From positions 5,540 to 69,539 of the forward strand of contig JBDLRN010000064.1 of the NCBI GenBank assembly GCA_039800005.1: a DNA stretch of 64,000 nt. Direction: 5' to 3'. Each line of letters opens with the position of its first letter. Within the stretch, counting starts at the first letter, position 1. The translations under genes were made by a program, and so were the position numbers. The stretch comes from Actinomycetota bacterium (GTDB taxonomy: Bacteria; Actinomycetota; Acidimicrobiia; Acidimicrobiales; Ilumatobacteraceae). The notes under the pieces are model-generated. The model made no database searches. It saw nothing but the letters and a program-made list of their open reading frames with translations, and was not told the origin of the DNA. Shown here in pieces: positions 1-8,131 of the stretch.

Positions 1-654
1 GTAGTTCGTGGTGCGCTGTTCGCCGATGGTGCTGACCGTGTTCGTCGACAGGTTCTTTCCACATGCGCTGCCCGCACCGTGCGCGGGATACACGAGCGTC
101 GTGTCGGGCAACTTCATCAACTTCTCGTGCAGCGAATGGAACAGCATGCGACCGAGGTCCTCGGCGGTGTGGCCGACGGCGGCCAGCAAGTCGGGGCGGC
201 CGACGTCGCCGATGAACAGAGTGTCGCCCGTGAACACGGCGTGCGGAGTGGCCGTCGCGTTCTCTTTCACGACCACCGAGATCGACTCAGGAGTGTGGCC
301 GGGGGTCTCGAGGATCTCGAGGCGAACGTTGGCGTCGGAGTCACCGAGCACGATCACCGAACCGTGCGACTTCGCATCGATGGCGAAGTCGGTGCGACCG
401 GCGGCCGCGGCACCGAACACGATGGTGGCACCGGTCGCTTCGGCGAGTTCGAGATGGCCCGACAGGAAGTCGGCGTGGAAGTGCGTCTCGATCACGTGCC
501 GGATGGTGAACCCGTTCTCGGCCGCCTCGGTGAGGTAGGCCGAGATGTCGCGCTGAGGATCGACGACGACGGCGACCTTGCTCTCGGTGTCGGCCACCAC
601 GTACGAAGCGTGCGAGAGACAGGCCAGATAGTGCTGAGTCAGGTGCAGGGCCAT
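1..654 (-). CDS. MBL-fold metallo-hydrolase, persulfide-dioxygenase-like (N-terminal 218 aa; 3' end lies beyond the window)
   Basis: Own translation of minus strand from ATG at 654: MALHLTQHYLACLSHASYVVAD...IETHFHADFLSGH...LETPGHTPESI...FTGDTLFIGDVGRPDL. HxHxD metal motif. Frame stays open to position 1. Starts 4 nt after the stop of the CsoR-family gene. Confidence 0.75.
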   Translation of the reverse strand, partial: MALHLTQHYLACLSHASYVVADTESKVAVVVDPQRDISAYLTEAAENGFTIRHVIETHFHADFLSGHLELAEATGATIVFGAAAAGRTDFAIDAKSHGSVIVLGDSDANVRLEILETPGHTPESISVVVKENATATPHAVFTGDTLFIGDVGRPDLLAAVGHTAEDLGRMLFHSLHEKLMKLPDTTLVYPAHGAGSACGKNLSTNTVSTIGEQRTTNY

Positions 655-658
655 GGGG

Positions 659-928
659 TCAGGCCAACTTCAAGAAGAGTTTCTCGACTTCGGCGAGGTC
701 GAAACCGTTCTCGGCCGCGGCGACCGGATCGGCCAAACAGTGACTGAGTCCGGTGGCGAGCAGTTTGAACCCCACCTGATCGAGGGCCTTGCTCGCCGCC
801 GAGACCTGGGCGACGATGTCGCGGCACTCGCGGCTCTCGGTGAGCATCTGCTGGATGCCGCGTACCTGGCCTTCGATGCGTCGCAGACGCCGGGTCAGTT
901 CGTCGAGGGTGTCGTCGGGGAGTTGCAT
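659..928 (-). CDS. CsoR/RcnR-family (DUF156) metal- or persulfide-sensing repressor
   Basis: ORF 659..982 trimmed to ATG 928 (MQLPDDTLDELTRRLRRIEGQVRGIQQMLTESRECRD...LSHCL). AGGAGG just upstream. Family signature RRIEGQxRGxxxM plus two Cys. Confidence 0.85.
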   Translation of the reverse strand: MQLPDDTLDELTRRLRRIEGQVRGIQQMLTESRECRDIVAQVSAASKALDQVGFKLLATGLSHCLADPVAAAENGFDLAEVEKLFLKLA

Positions 929-971
929 GGGGCCTCCTGTCGGTCGCCCCACACCATACCCTTGGGGGTAT

Positions 972-2231
972 CTACTGTCCACCCCGCAACGACACCGGTG
1001 TCACCGATTCGATCACCACTCCGGCCTCACCCACGGTCACCTCGGTGTACCCCCCGGTGTCGTCGGGACCCTGGCGGGCCGAACAGTCGTCCATTTGCAC
1101 CGGTGGCACGGTCTCGGTGACGATCTGGTGGGCGACTGCTCGGAAGGCTTCGGCGGCCGGACCGGTGCCGGTCAGGGCCACCGGCTCACCGACGTCGGAA
1201 CCGGCGGCCACCGACGGTTCGAGTGGGATCTGACCGAGCAACGGGACACCGATCTCGTCGGCCAGCGCCTGGCCGCCCCCGCGCCCGAAGAGCGGGTACC
1301 GCTCACCGTGATCGCAGATGAATTCGCTCATGTTCTCGATGACGCCGGCGATGCGCAGGAACGAGCGGCGCGCCATGTCGGCGGCGCGGATGGCGACCTT
1401 CTGGGCGCTGACGGCTGGCGTGGTCACGATGATCATGTCGGTACGCGGGAGCATGCGGGCCAGACCCATCTGCACGTCACCGGTCCCGGGTGGCATGTCG
1501 ATCACGAGGTAGTCGAGATGTCCCCACGCCACGTCGCGCAGGAACTGCTCGAGGGCCTTGGTGAGCATGAGACCGCGCCACATGAGAGCGGTTCCCTCGT
1601 CGTCGACGAGGAATCCGGTCGACACCACCTTCAACGATCCGCGTCCGACCGAGCGCGTGTTGGGCTGGATCTTCGGGCGTCCGGTCACCGCGTCGGCCTC
1701 GGCCTGGAGGCGGCGGTCGATCCCGAGCATGCGTGGCACCGAGAAGCCCCAGATGTCGGCGTCGAGCACACCGACGGTGAATCCTTCGGCGGCGATGGCG
1801 GCGGCGAGATTGACCGTGACCGAACTCTTGCCGACTCCGCCCTTACCCGAGGAGATGGCGAGGATGCGCGTCGACGGTGCGATCGCCGTGTCGGGAGCGC
1901 GCTCCCGGGCGTTCCAGCGGGCCTTCGACATGGTGGCCGAACGCTCCTCGCCCGTCATCTCGCCCCACTCGATCTTCACGCCCCGCACACCCGGATGAGT
2001 GGCGACACGGGTCTCGATGTCTTTCTTGATCTGGGCCCGCAACGGGCACCCGCCGATCGTGAGCTTCACGTCGACCACCACGAAACCGTCGTCGGACACC
2101 GAGCGGCACGAGGCCATGCCGAGATCGACGACGTCGGATCCGAGTTCAGGGTCGATCACGGCACGCAGGAGTTCGGTCACCACCGCTGGAGTGAGAGGAC
2201 TGGGGGAGGGAGGCACGCCAGTCGACGCCAT
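972..2231 (-). CDS. mrp: Mrp/ApbC-type Fe-S cluster carrier ATPase with N-terminal DUF59 domain
   Basis: ORF 972..2354 trimmed to ATG 2231 (MASTGVPP...). DUF59-like AVIDPELGSDVVDLGM. P-loop SSGKGGVGKSS. Confidence 0.85.
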   Translation of the reverse strand: MASTGVPPSPSPLTPAVVTELLRAVIDPELGSDVVDLGMASCRSVSDDGFVVVDVKLTIGGCPLRAQIKKDIETRVATHPGVRGVKIEWGEMTGEERSATMSKARWNARERAPDTAIAPSTRILAISSGKGGVGKSSVTVNLAAAIAAEGFTVGVLDADIWGFSVPRMLGIDRRLQAEADAVTGRPKIQPNTRSVGRGSLKVVSTGFLVDDEGTALMWRGLMLTKALEQFLRDVAWGHLDYLVIDMPPGTGDVQMGLARMLPRTDMIIVTTPAVSAQKVAIRAADMARRSFLRIAGVIENMSEFICDHGERYPLFGRGGGQALADEIGVPLLGQIPLEPSVAAGSDVGEPVALTGTGPAAEAFRAVAHQIVTETVPPVQMDDCSARQGPDDTGGYTEVTVGEAGVVIESVTPVSLRGGQ

Positions 2232-2368
2232 GGGCGAAGGGTACCGGCGATTTCCGACTGTCGAGATGTGCGAGCAGCCAGTAAATTGTTCTCGTCGGTC
2301 AGAGCCGACCGAACGGGCACCATCTCGTTTCGACCTCCATGATTCGTCGTCCACGAGGAGACACCACG

Positions 2369-2692
2369 ATGATCACTCTCACCGATTCAGCAGCCGTCAA
2401 GGTCAAGGAGTTGCTCGCCGCCGAGGGCGCCGACGATCTCGCGCTTCGAGTCGCGGTTCGTCCCGGTGGGTGCAGTGGCTTCTCGTACGAGATGTTCTTC
2501 GACGGCGACATCGCCACCGACGATCTTCAGGCCACCTACGGTGACGCAGTGCGCGTGGTCGTCGATCCCGCCTCGGCTCAGCTGCTCGAGGGCGCGACGC
2601 TCGATTACAAGGACGGCCTCAACCAGGCCGGGTTCAACATCACGAACCCCAACGCGACTCGCTCGTGCGGTTGCGGCCAGTCGTTCAGCTGA
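2369..2692 (+). CDS. HesB/IscA/ErpA-family Fe-S cluster insertion protein
   Basis: ATG 2369 (MITLTDSAAVKVKELL) preceded by GAGGAG. GGCSGFSY and C-terminal CGCGQSF cluster-ligand motifs. Divergent from mrp. Confidence 0.85.
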   Translation: MITLTDSAAVKVKELLAAEGADDLALRVAVRPGGCSGFSYEMFFDGDIATDDLQATYGDAVRVVVDPASAQLLEGATLDYKDGLNQAGFNITNPNATRSCGCGQSFS

Positions 2693-2701
2693 ACTCGATC
2701 G

Positions 2702-3676
2702 TCAGTTCAGCAGCGCCCGCACTTCGTCGACGTCCCACACCGCGTCGAGTCGCTCGACGATGCGTCCCGTCGCGTCGGTGACGAACAACACCGGCTCGAA
2801 GGTGAGTTTGGCCGCGGTCACGGCCGGGGCCGGTTCGGTGGCCGCGACGTCGGCGTACACGTCGGCGTGAACGAACACCACTGAGTCGCCGAGTTCGTCG
2901 GCGAGTTCCATCAACTGGTCGAGCACCGGCCCGCACACACCGGTCTGGCAGTGCGCGGGTGTGCCCACGAGATACACGACCGGTTTGCCGGTCGCCAACG
3001 CTTCGGTGAGCGTGAGATCGTGGAACGGACACGGTTCGGGTTGGCGTGTGCAGATCACTTCCACGCCGCGTGGGTCGTCGAACGTCGGCGTGTCGAAACC
3101 GTCGAGTCGGTCGCCGGCGCGGTTCACCACCAGATCGGCCGGATCCTGGATCTGGAACGCGGCCCCTTCGGCCGGTCCACCGTCGACGACGAGGGCGTAG
3201 AAGCCCGGTTCGGTGAGTGAGGTGCGGAAGGTCCAGAACGGAATCGTGCCCTCGCCGAGGGATCGACGGTCGGCGAAGAGTCGTTCGACGACCGTCGAAT
3301 CGTCGGCCAACGAGATCACGTCGGCGAGGAGGCGATCGGGACCCTCCTGAGACAAGCCAGCGGCATCACCGACCGACACGGGGAGTCGCTGTGACCCGGG
3401 TCCGAGTTCGGTGGGGATCCAGCGCGCGGCGAGGATCGCCTCGGGCGGGAGCGCTGCACCACCCGTCGCACCATCGGTCGAACCGTTCGTCGACCGGTCC
3501 CCCGAACTGCTCGTGGACTCGCCGCACGCGTTCAACAGGGCGATCACCGGGAGTCCGACGACGGTCGTTGCACCGAGGTGGAGCAGACGTCGACGAGACA
3601 AGAGCCGGTGTTCGGGTGTCACGGAGCGAACATATCCCGAGGGTCCTTGTGCCGACCGGTCGCCAGCGTGTGACAT
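2702..3676 (-). CDS. Tat-signal lipoprotein with thioredoxin-fold-like C-terminal domain (function unknown)
   Basis: C-terminal part of ORF 2702..4612. Twin-arginine LSRRRLLHLG, lipobox-like LLNAC, then HCQTGVCGP. Start ATG 3676 is uncertain; in-frame GTG codons lie downstream. Confidence 0.6.
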   Translation of the reverse strand: MSHAGDRSAQGPSGYVRSVTPEHRLLSRRRLLHLGATTVVGLPVIALLNACGESTSSSGDRSTNGSTDGATGGAALPPEAILAARWIPTELGPGSQRLPVSVGDAAGLSQEGPDRLLADVISLADDSTVVERLFADRRSLGEGTIPFWTFRTSLTEPGFYALVVDGGPAEGAAFQIQDPADLVVNRAGDRLDGFDTPTFDDPRGVEVICTRQPEPCPFHDLTLTEALATGKPVVYLVGTPAHCQTGVCGPVLDQLMELADELGDSVVFVHADVYADVAATEPAPAVTAAKLTFEPVLFVTDATGRIVERLDAVWDVDEVRALLN

Positions 3677-3682
3677 GGAGGG

Positions 3683-5266
3683 GTGAGTGGAGACGTGCGG
3701 CCCGTGGAGTTCGTGCTCGACGGGCGCCCGGTGACGGTGTCGGGCCGGGGTACGTTGCTCGCCGCACTGCGCGACGAACTCGGAATCCGTTCGGCCAAGG
3801 ACGGTTGCGCTCCGCAAGGTCAGTGCGGATGCTGCACGGTGTGGGTCGACGGTGAACCTCGCGTCAGTTGCGTGACGCCCATCGCGCGAGTGGCCGGCCG
3901 TTCGATCACCACCATCGACGGTCTCGATGCGCATGTGCGCGACGACTGGGCCGAGGCGCTGTGCGACACCGGTGGCAGCCAATGCGGGTTCTGCACACCG
4001 GGCATCGTGATGCGCCTGACCGCCGCGCGACATACGAACGGCGATCGCGCCGAGATCGCCAACAGTCTCACCGCGCACGTGTGTCGGTGCACCGGATGGC
4101 AGACGATCGTCGATGCCGCAGTCACGGTGGCGACGGGAGATCGACGGACGTTCTCTCGTGGGTCGTCTCGTGATCTCGCGGCGGCATCGCGGCGAGCGAC
4201 GATCGAAGGGAGATCTCCGCAACGAGTCGCTCCCGACGTCGCTCTCGGCGCGGGTGGCTTCGCCGACGACACGGCACCAGCCGACGCCCTGGCGGCGATA
4301 CTCGCACCATCGGGGGAGTGGGTCGTCGCATCGACGGTGACCGAGGCTCGGGAGCGGGCTGGTGTGGTGCAAGGCCGACGGTCGACGCTCGGTGTGTCGT
4401 GGCCGATCGAACTGCCCGGTGTTCGATCCGACTCGAGTGACTTCGTGCGCACGCTCACGACGACCTGGGTCGAGCCGGGATATCTCGAACCTGATGCGGT
4501 GTGGTGTCGACCGGGGGACGATCCGGTGGGTCCGTCGACGAACGGTGGTGCGTTCGGCTCGAAGATGTCGACATGGCTGCGAGGCGAGGCGAGCCGACTC
4601 GCCGACGAACACGATCGAACGGTGCGAGTGGTGATGTCGCGCGAAGACGTGGTTCGTCGTGGCGCGAAGCGACCTCCACTAGCCGCTGGTGTTCGCGCCG
4701 ACGGTTCGGGTGTGGTGTACGTGCGTCGTACCGACGGAGTGGTCGAACTCGTTCGGTCGATCTTCCCTGACTGGGTCGTTCACGAAGTCGACGCACCCGG
4801 GCCGCCCACCACTCTCGACCGTCGCGGTGCGGTGTGGGCCGAGATCGCCGCGCTGGTGTCGTCATCACGTGATGACCCGTGGGACCACGTCGTGTCACCT
4901 GACGGTGCAGAGGCGTGGGCGCAGGTCGACGAGTCCGGGGTGCACGTTCGAGTTCGTTGCGGTGAGAACCTCGACGAGACCGTGCTTCGCTCGTATTGCA
5001 TCGGCGCCGCTCACATGGCTCTCGGTTGGGTGCGGTCCGAAGGCCTGGCCGTCGACGAGCAGGGAACCGTGCACGACCTCACGATGAGGTCGTTCGGCAT
5101 CGTGCGGGCGAGCGACACACCTCACGTGTCGATCGAGATCCTCGCCCCGGGCGACGGCGACGACGCCACGCCTGTCAACGGGAGCGATGCGGTCTTCGCC
5201 GCCGTGGCCGCTGCAGTCTGGCGTCACGACGGTTGGCCCTCGCACTGGCCGTCGGCTCGCCGTTGA
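3683..5266 (+). CDS. Fused [2Fe-2S]-binding / shortened molybdopterin-binding xanthine-dehydrogenase-family protein
   Basis: N-terminus has DGCAPQGQCGCCTV and GGSQCGFCTPG...CRCTGW (XDH small-subunit 2Fe-2S motifs). The rest carries GGAFGSK and IGAAHMALGW-type MoCo-subunit motifs. Only 527 aa. Confidence 0.75.
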   Translation: MSGDVRPVEFVLDGRPVTVSGRGTLLAALRDELGIRSAKDGCAPQGQCGCCTVWVDGEPRVSCVTPIARVAGRSITTIDGLDAHVRDDWAEALCDTGGSQCGFCTPGIVMRLTAARHTNGDRAEIANSLTAHVCRCTGWQTIVDAAVTVATGDRRTFSRGSSRDLAAASRRATIEGRSPQRVAPDVALGAGGFADDTAPADALAAILAPSGEWVVASTVTEARERAGVVQGRRSTLGVSWPIELPGVRSDSSDFVRTLTTTWVEPGYLEPDAVWCRPGDDPVGPSTNGGAFGSKMSTWLRGEASRLADEHDRTVRVVMSREDVVRRGAKRPPLAAGVRADGSGVVYVRRTDGVVELVRSIFPDWVVHEVDAPGPPTTLDRRGAVWAEIAALVSSSRDDPWDHVVSPDGAEAWAQVDESGVHVRVRCGENLDETVLRSYCIGAAHMALGWVRSEGLAVDEQGTVHDLTMRSFGIVRASDTPHVSIEILAPGDGDDATPVNGSDAVFAAVAAAVWRHDGWPSHWPSARR

Positions 5267-5287
5267 GCCGACCGCTAGCGTGTCGGC

Positions 5288-5758
5288 ATGGCGTCTTCGA
5301 AACCCGCTCAGCCCATCGGTCCCTACACCCCGGTCGTTCGCGCCGGTGACTGGATCATCGTGTCCGGCCAGCTCGGTATCGCCGACGGAAAGTTGGTCTC
5401 CGGTGGTGTGGCCGCCCAGACCGCGCAGGCCGTCGTCAACCTGAAGGCGCGTCTGAAAGAAGCCGGTGCGTCGATCTCCGACGTGTCGAAGACCTTGTGC
5501 TTCCTCACCGACATGGACACCTTTCCCACGTTCAACGACGCCTATGTGGCCGGTTTCGGTTCGTCGCGTCCGGCCCGGTCGACCATCGGTGTGGCAGCAC
5601 TGCCCTTCGGCGGCGCGGTCGAGATCGAGGCCTGGGCCTACAAGCCCCTGGCCCCGGCGAAGAAGAGCGCGGCGAAGAAGCCGGCCAAGAAGTCGGCCGC
5701 CAAGACAGGCGCCAAGAAGACCGCCAAGAAGTCGCCGGCCACGAAGAGCCGAAAGTAG
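5288..5758 (+). CDS. RidA/YjgF-family deaminase with Lys/Ala-rich histone-like C-terminal tail
   Basis: PIGPYTPVVRAGDWIIVSGQLG...VEIEAWA RidA core, followed by PAKKSAAKKPAKKSAAKTGAKKTAKKSPATKSRK. Confidence 0.85.
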   Translation: MASSKPAQPIGPYTPVVRAGDWIIVSGQLGIADGKLVSGGVAAQTAQAVVNLKARLKEAGASISDVSKTLCFLTDMDTFPTFNDAYVAGFGSSRPARSTIGVAALPFGGAVEIEAWAYKPLAPAKKSAAKKPAKKSAAKTGAKKTAKKSPATKSRK

Positions 5759-5767
5759 GGTGACGTC

Positions 5768-5923
5768 GTGCCCGGTGCCATCGTCCTCGTCATCGCTCTG
5801 TTCGCCTTCCCGGTGATCGTGGGTCTGAGTTCGGTCGCCATCGCCGCTTTGCTCGGTCATCTGCTCTGGAAGGACGGCGAAGCCCGTCACGAGGGCAGCG
5901 AACTTCTCGATCTGAACACCTGA
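5768..5923 (+). CDS. Possible 51-aa single-pass membrane peptide
   Basis: Own reading: GTG 5768, VPGAIVLVIALFAFPVIVGLSSVAIAALLGHLLWKDGEARHEGSELLDLNT, TGA 5921-5923. GC-rich third positions. 9 nt after the ridA stop. Below the ORF-track size cutoff. Confidence 0.35.
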   Translation: MPGAIVLVIALFAFPVIVGLSSVAIAALLGHLLWKDGEARHEGSELLDLNT

Positions 5924-5953
5924 TCGAGTGAGCGTCGTCGCTCGCCTGATCCC

Positions 5954-7342
5954 ATGACTGCACCTGCCATCGTCGATCTTCTGATTCGCAATGCGTCGCT
6001 CGTGGCGACCATGGACGACCAGCGACGTGAACTGGCAGGCGGTTGGGTGGCCATCACCGACGGACTCGTGTCGGCCGTCGGATCGTCGACCCAGGAACCG
6101 CCGTCGGCCCGAGAAGTGATCGACGCGACCGACTGTCTCGTGACCCCGGGTCTCGTCAACACCCACCATCACATCTACCAGAACCTCACGCGTGCCTATC
6201 CGCCCATGACCGACAAGCCGTTGTTCGGGTGGTTGCAGTCGCTGTACCCGTTGTGGCGAGGGATCGACGAGGAGTCGGTGTACGTGAGCGCGTTCGCCGG
6301 TCTCGCCGAGTTGGCGATGTCGGGGTGCACCACCAGCACCGACCATCTGTATCTGCATCCGCGCGGGGCCGGTGATCTGCTCGGCGCCGAAATCGCCGCG
6401 GCGCGTGATCTCGGCATGCGTTTCCATCCCACACGTGGGTCGATGTCGTTGTCGGAGAAGGACGGTGGTCTGCCTCCCGACGACGTGGTGGCCGACGACG
6501 ACGAGATTCTCGCCGAGAGCGAACGAGCGGTGCATCGACATCACGACCGTTCGCACGGTGCGATGGTGCGCATCGCGCTCGCACCGTGTTCGCCGTTCAG
6601 CGTGACCGAAGATCTCATGGTTCGCTCGGCCGAACTCGCCGAGAAACTCGACGTGAGGCTGCACACGCACTTCGCCGAGAACGCCGAGGACGACGAGTTC
6701 TCGTTGGCCACCTTCGGCTGCCGGCCCATGGAGTATCTCGAGCGCACGGGCTGGTGCACCGATCGCACGTGGGTCGCGCATTGCGTGATGCCCAACGAAC
6801 ACGAGGTGCAGCGTCTGGGTGCGGCCGGTGTAGGAGTGGCGCACTGCCCGAGCAGCAATCTGATCCTCGCCTCGGGGATCTCGCCGATCGTTCCGTTGCG
6901 TCGTGCCGGAGCCAAGGTGGGCCTCGGTGTCGACGGGTCGTCGTCGGCCGACTCGGCCTCGCTGTGGCTCGAGGCGCGTCAGGCGATGTTGTTGGCCAAA
7001 CTGCGTGACGGGGCCGCGGCCGGTACGGCACGTATGGCGCTCGAAGTGGCCACGCGCGGTGGAGCCGGTTGTCTCGGTCGCGAAGGAGAGATCGGCGAGT
7101 TGAGCGTCGGTGCGGTGGGAGACGTCGCTGTGTGGCGTCTCACCGGTCCGCAGTTCGCCGGAGCGCTGGCCGATCCGATCGAGGCCTGGTTGCGTTGTGG
7201 ACCGATCGGTGCCCACCACACGATCGTGCACGGACGTTCGGTGGTGCGTGACGGCTTGATCGTCGACCCGCGACTCGACGACGTGCTGCATCGTCACGCC
7301 GTCGAGAGTCGTCGAATCCAACGACTCGATGCCCGTGACTGA
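5954..7342 (+). CDS. Amidohydrolase-superfamily deaminase (8-oxoguanine/guanine deaminase-like)
   Basis: GLVNTHHHIYQ metal motif, HTHFAEN, GVDGSSS. 462 aa. Confidence 0.75.
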   Translation: MTAPAIVDLLIRNASLVATMDDQRRELAGGWVAITDGLVSAVGSSTQEPPSAREVIDATDCLVTPGLVNTHHHIYQNLTRAYPPMTDKPLFGWLQSLYPLWRGIDEESVYVSAFAGLAELAMSGCTTSTDHLYLHPRGAGDLLGAEIAAARDLGMRFHPTRGSMSLSEKDGGLPPDDVVADDDEILAESERAVHRHHDRSHGAMVRIALAPCSPFSVTEDLMVRSAELAEKLDVRLHTHFAENAEDDEFSLATFGCRPMEYLERTGWCTDRTWVAHCVMPNEHEVQRLGAAGVGVAHCPSSNLILASGISPIVPLRRAGAKVGLGVDGSSSADSASLWLEARQAMLLAKLRDGAAAGTARMALEVATRGGAGCLGREGEIGELSVGAVGDVAVWRLTGPQFAGALADPIEAWLRCGPIGAHHTIVHGRSVVRDGLIVDPRLDDVLHRHAVESRRIQRLDARD

Positions 7343-8030
7343 ATCGAACTTTCCTCACGCCGTCCTCTGGGACATGGACGGCACGTTGGTCGACACCGAG
7401 CCCTACTGGATCGACGCCGAGTTCGACATCGTCGAGATGCACGGTGGCACGTGGAGTCACGACCACGCCAAGGCTCTGGTCGGATCCGATCTTCTCGACT
7501 CCGGTGCCTACATCCGCGAGCACGGTGGTGTCGATCGATCGCCGGCCGAGATCGTCGAGATGTTGCTCGACCGCGTGGTGGCTCGGGTTCGGGCCGAGGT
7601 GCCGTGGCGACCGGGAGCTCGCGAGTTGTTGGGTGCGGTGCGCGGCGCGGGGGTCGACACCGCGCTCGTGACCATGTCGTGGAAGCGGTTCTCCGACGAA
7701 GTGGTGAACTGTCTGCCGAGCGGCAGTTTCACGGTGTCGGTGACCGGTGACGAAGTGGTGCGAGGCAAACCGCATCCCGAGCCGTACTTGCTCGCCGCCG
7801 AACGTCTCGGTGTGCGTGCCGATCAGTGCGTGGCCATCGAGGATTCACCGACGGGTGTGCGCTCGGCACTGGCCGCGGGTTGTCGAGTGATCGGCGTACC
7901 GCACGTGGTCGACATTCCGGCCGACGTGGCCGATCTCCCCGAATCCGTCGGCTATCTCACTCTTCTCCCCACCCTCGACGGGCTGCAACTCGGTGATCTG
8001 GTGAGGATTTTTCACCGTATGGGTCGATAA
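7329..8030 (+). CDS. HAD-superfamily hydrolase (beta-phosphoglucomutase-like)
   Basis: WDMDGTLVDTE (DxDGT) motif and GKPHPEPY. The last ~12 codons and the TAA stop lie inside the repeat element at 7992. Confidence 0.8.
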   Translation: MPVTESNFPHAVLWDMDGTLVDTEPYWIDAEFDIVEMHGGTWSHDHAKALVGSDLLDSGAYIREHGGVDRSPAEIVEMLLDRVVARVRAEVPWRPGARELLGAVRGAGVDTALVTMSWKRFSDEVVNCLPSGSFTVSVTGDEVVRGKPHPEPYLLAAERLGVRADQCVAIEDSPTGVRSALAAGCRVIGVPHVVDIPADVADLPESVGYLTLLPTLDGLQLGDLVRIFHRMGR

Positions 8031-8129
8031 GTCTCACCAGAAAGCGCGGTGACGGCTCACCGCGTTGAACAACGATTTTTCTGGTGCGCGATCTTTACCC
8101 ATACGGTGAAAAATCCTCACCAGATCACC
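7992..8129. repeat. Composite nested palindromic element (two inverted REP/MITE-like units flanking a small hairpin)
   Basis: Perfect 33-bp terminal inverted repeat: GGTGATCTGGTGAGGATTTTTCACCGTATGGGT (7992-8024) and its complement (8097-8129). Inner CACCAGAAA/TTTCTGGTG arms. Central CGCGGTGA-CGGC-TCACCGCG hairpin (8045-8064). It fills the gap between two convergent stop codons. Confidence 0.85.
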
Positions 8130-8131
8130 GG

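Noticed and set aside
8-747. Plus-strand ORFs 8..538 and 79..747 at the window start.
   Set aside because: The minus strand of the same region encodes a motif-rich MBL-fold protein (HFHADF, TPGHTPES) that is open to the window edge. The plus-strand translations are featureless.
972-2354. Long N-terminal extensions in the ORF track, for example Mrp from 2354, glnA from 10239, nadE from 11387 and nuoD from 33324, nuoF from 35095, nuoI from 40183, nuoH2 from 54242, nuoI2 from 54376, MidA from 62147.
   Set aside because: The extensions overlap upstream genes and are Arg/Pro-rich. Internal ATG or GTG codons coincide with conserved protein N-termini and with stop/start coupling (GTGA, ATGA, TGATG), so the shorter starts were used.
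4895-7321. 808-aa ORF on the minus strand. Similar very long ORFs are 31079..33037, 41564..43489, 15884..17407, 56405..57877, 57902..59293, 59275..60789 and 60850..62382.
   Set aside because: They lie antisense or out of frame to genes with clear family motifs (amidohydrolase, nuo subunits, mshA). Their translations are Arg/Gly/His/Asp-rich low-complexity sequence with no recognisable motifs. This is the typical shadow-ORF artefact of high-GC DNA.
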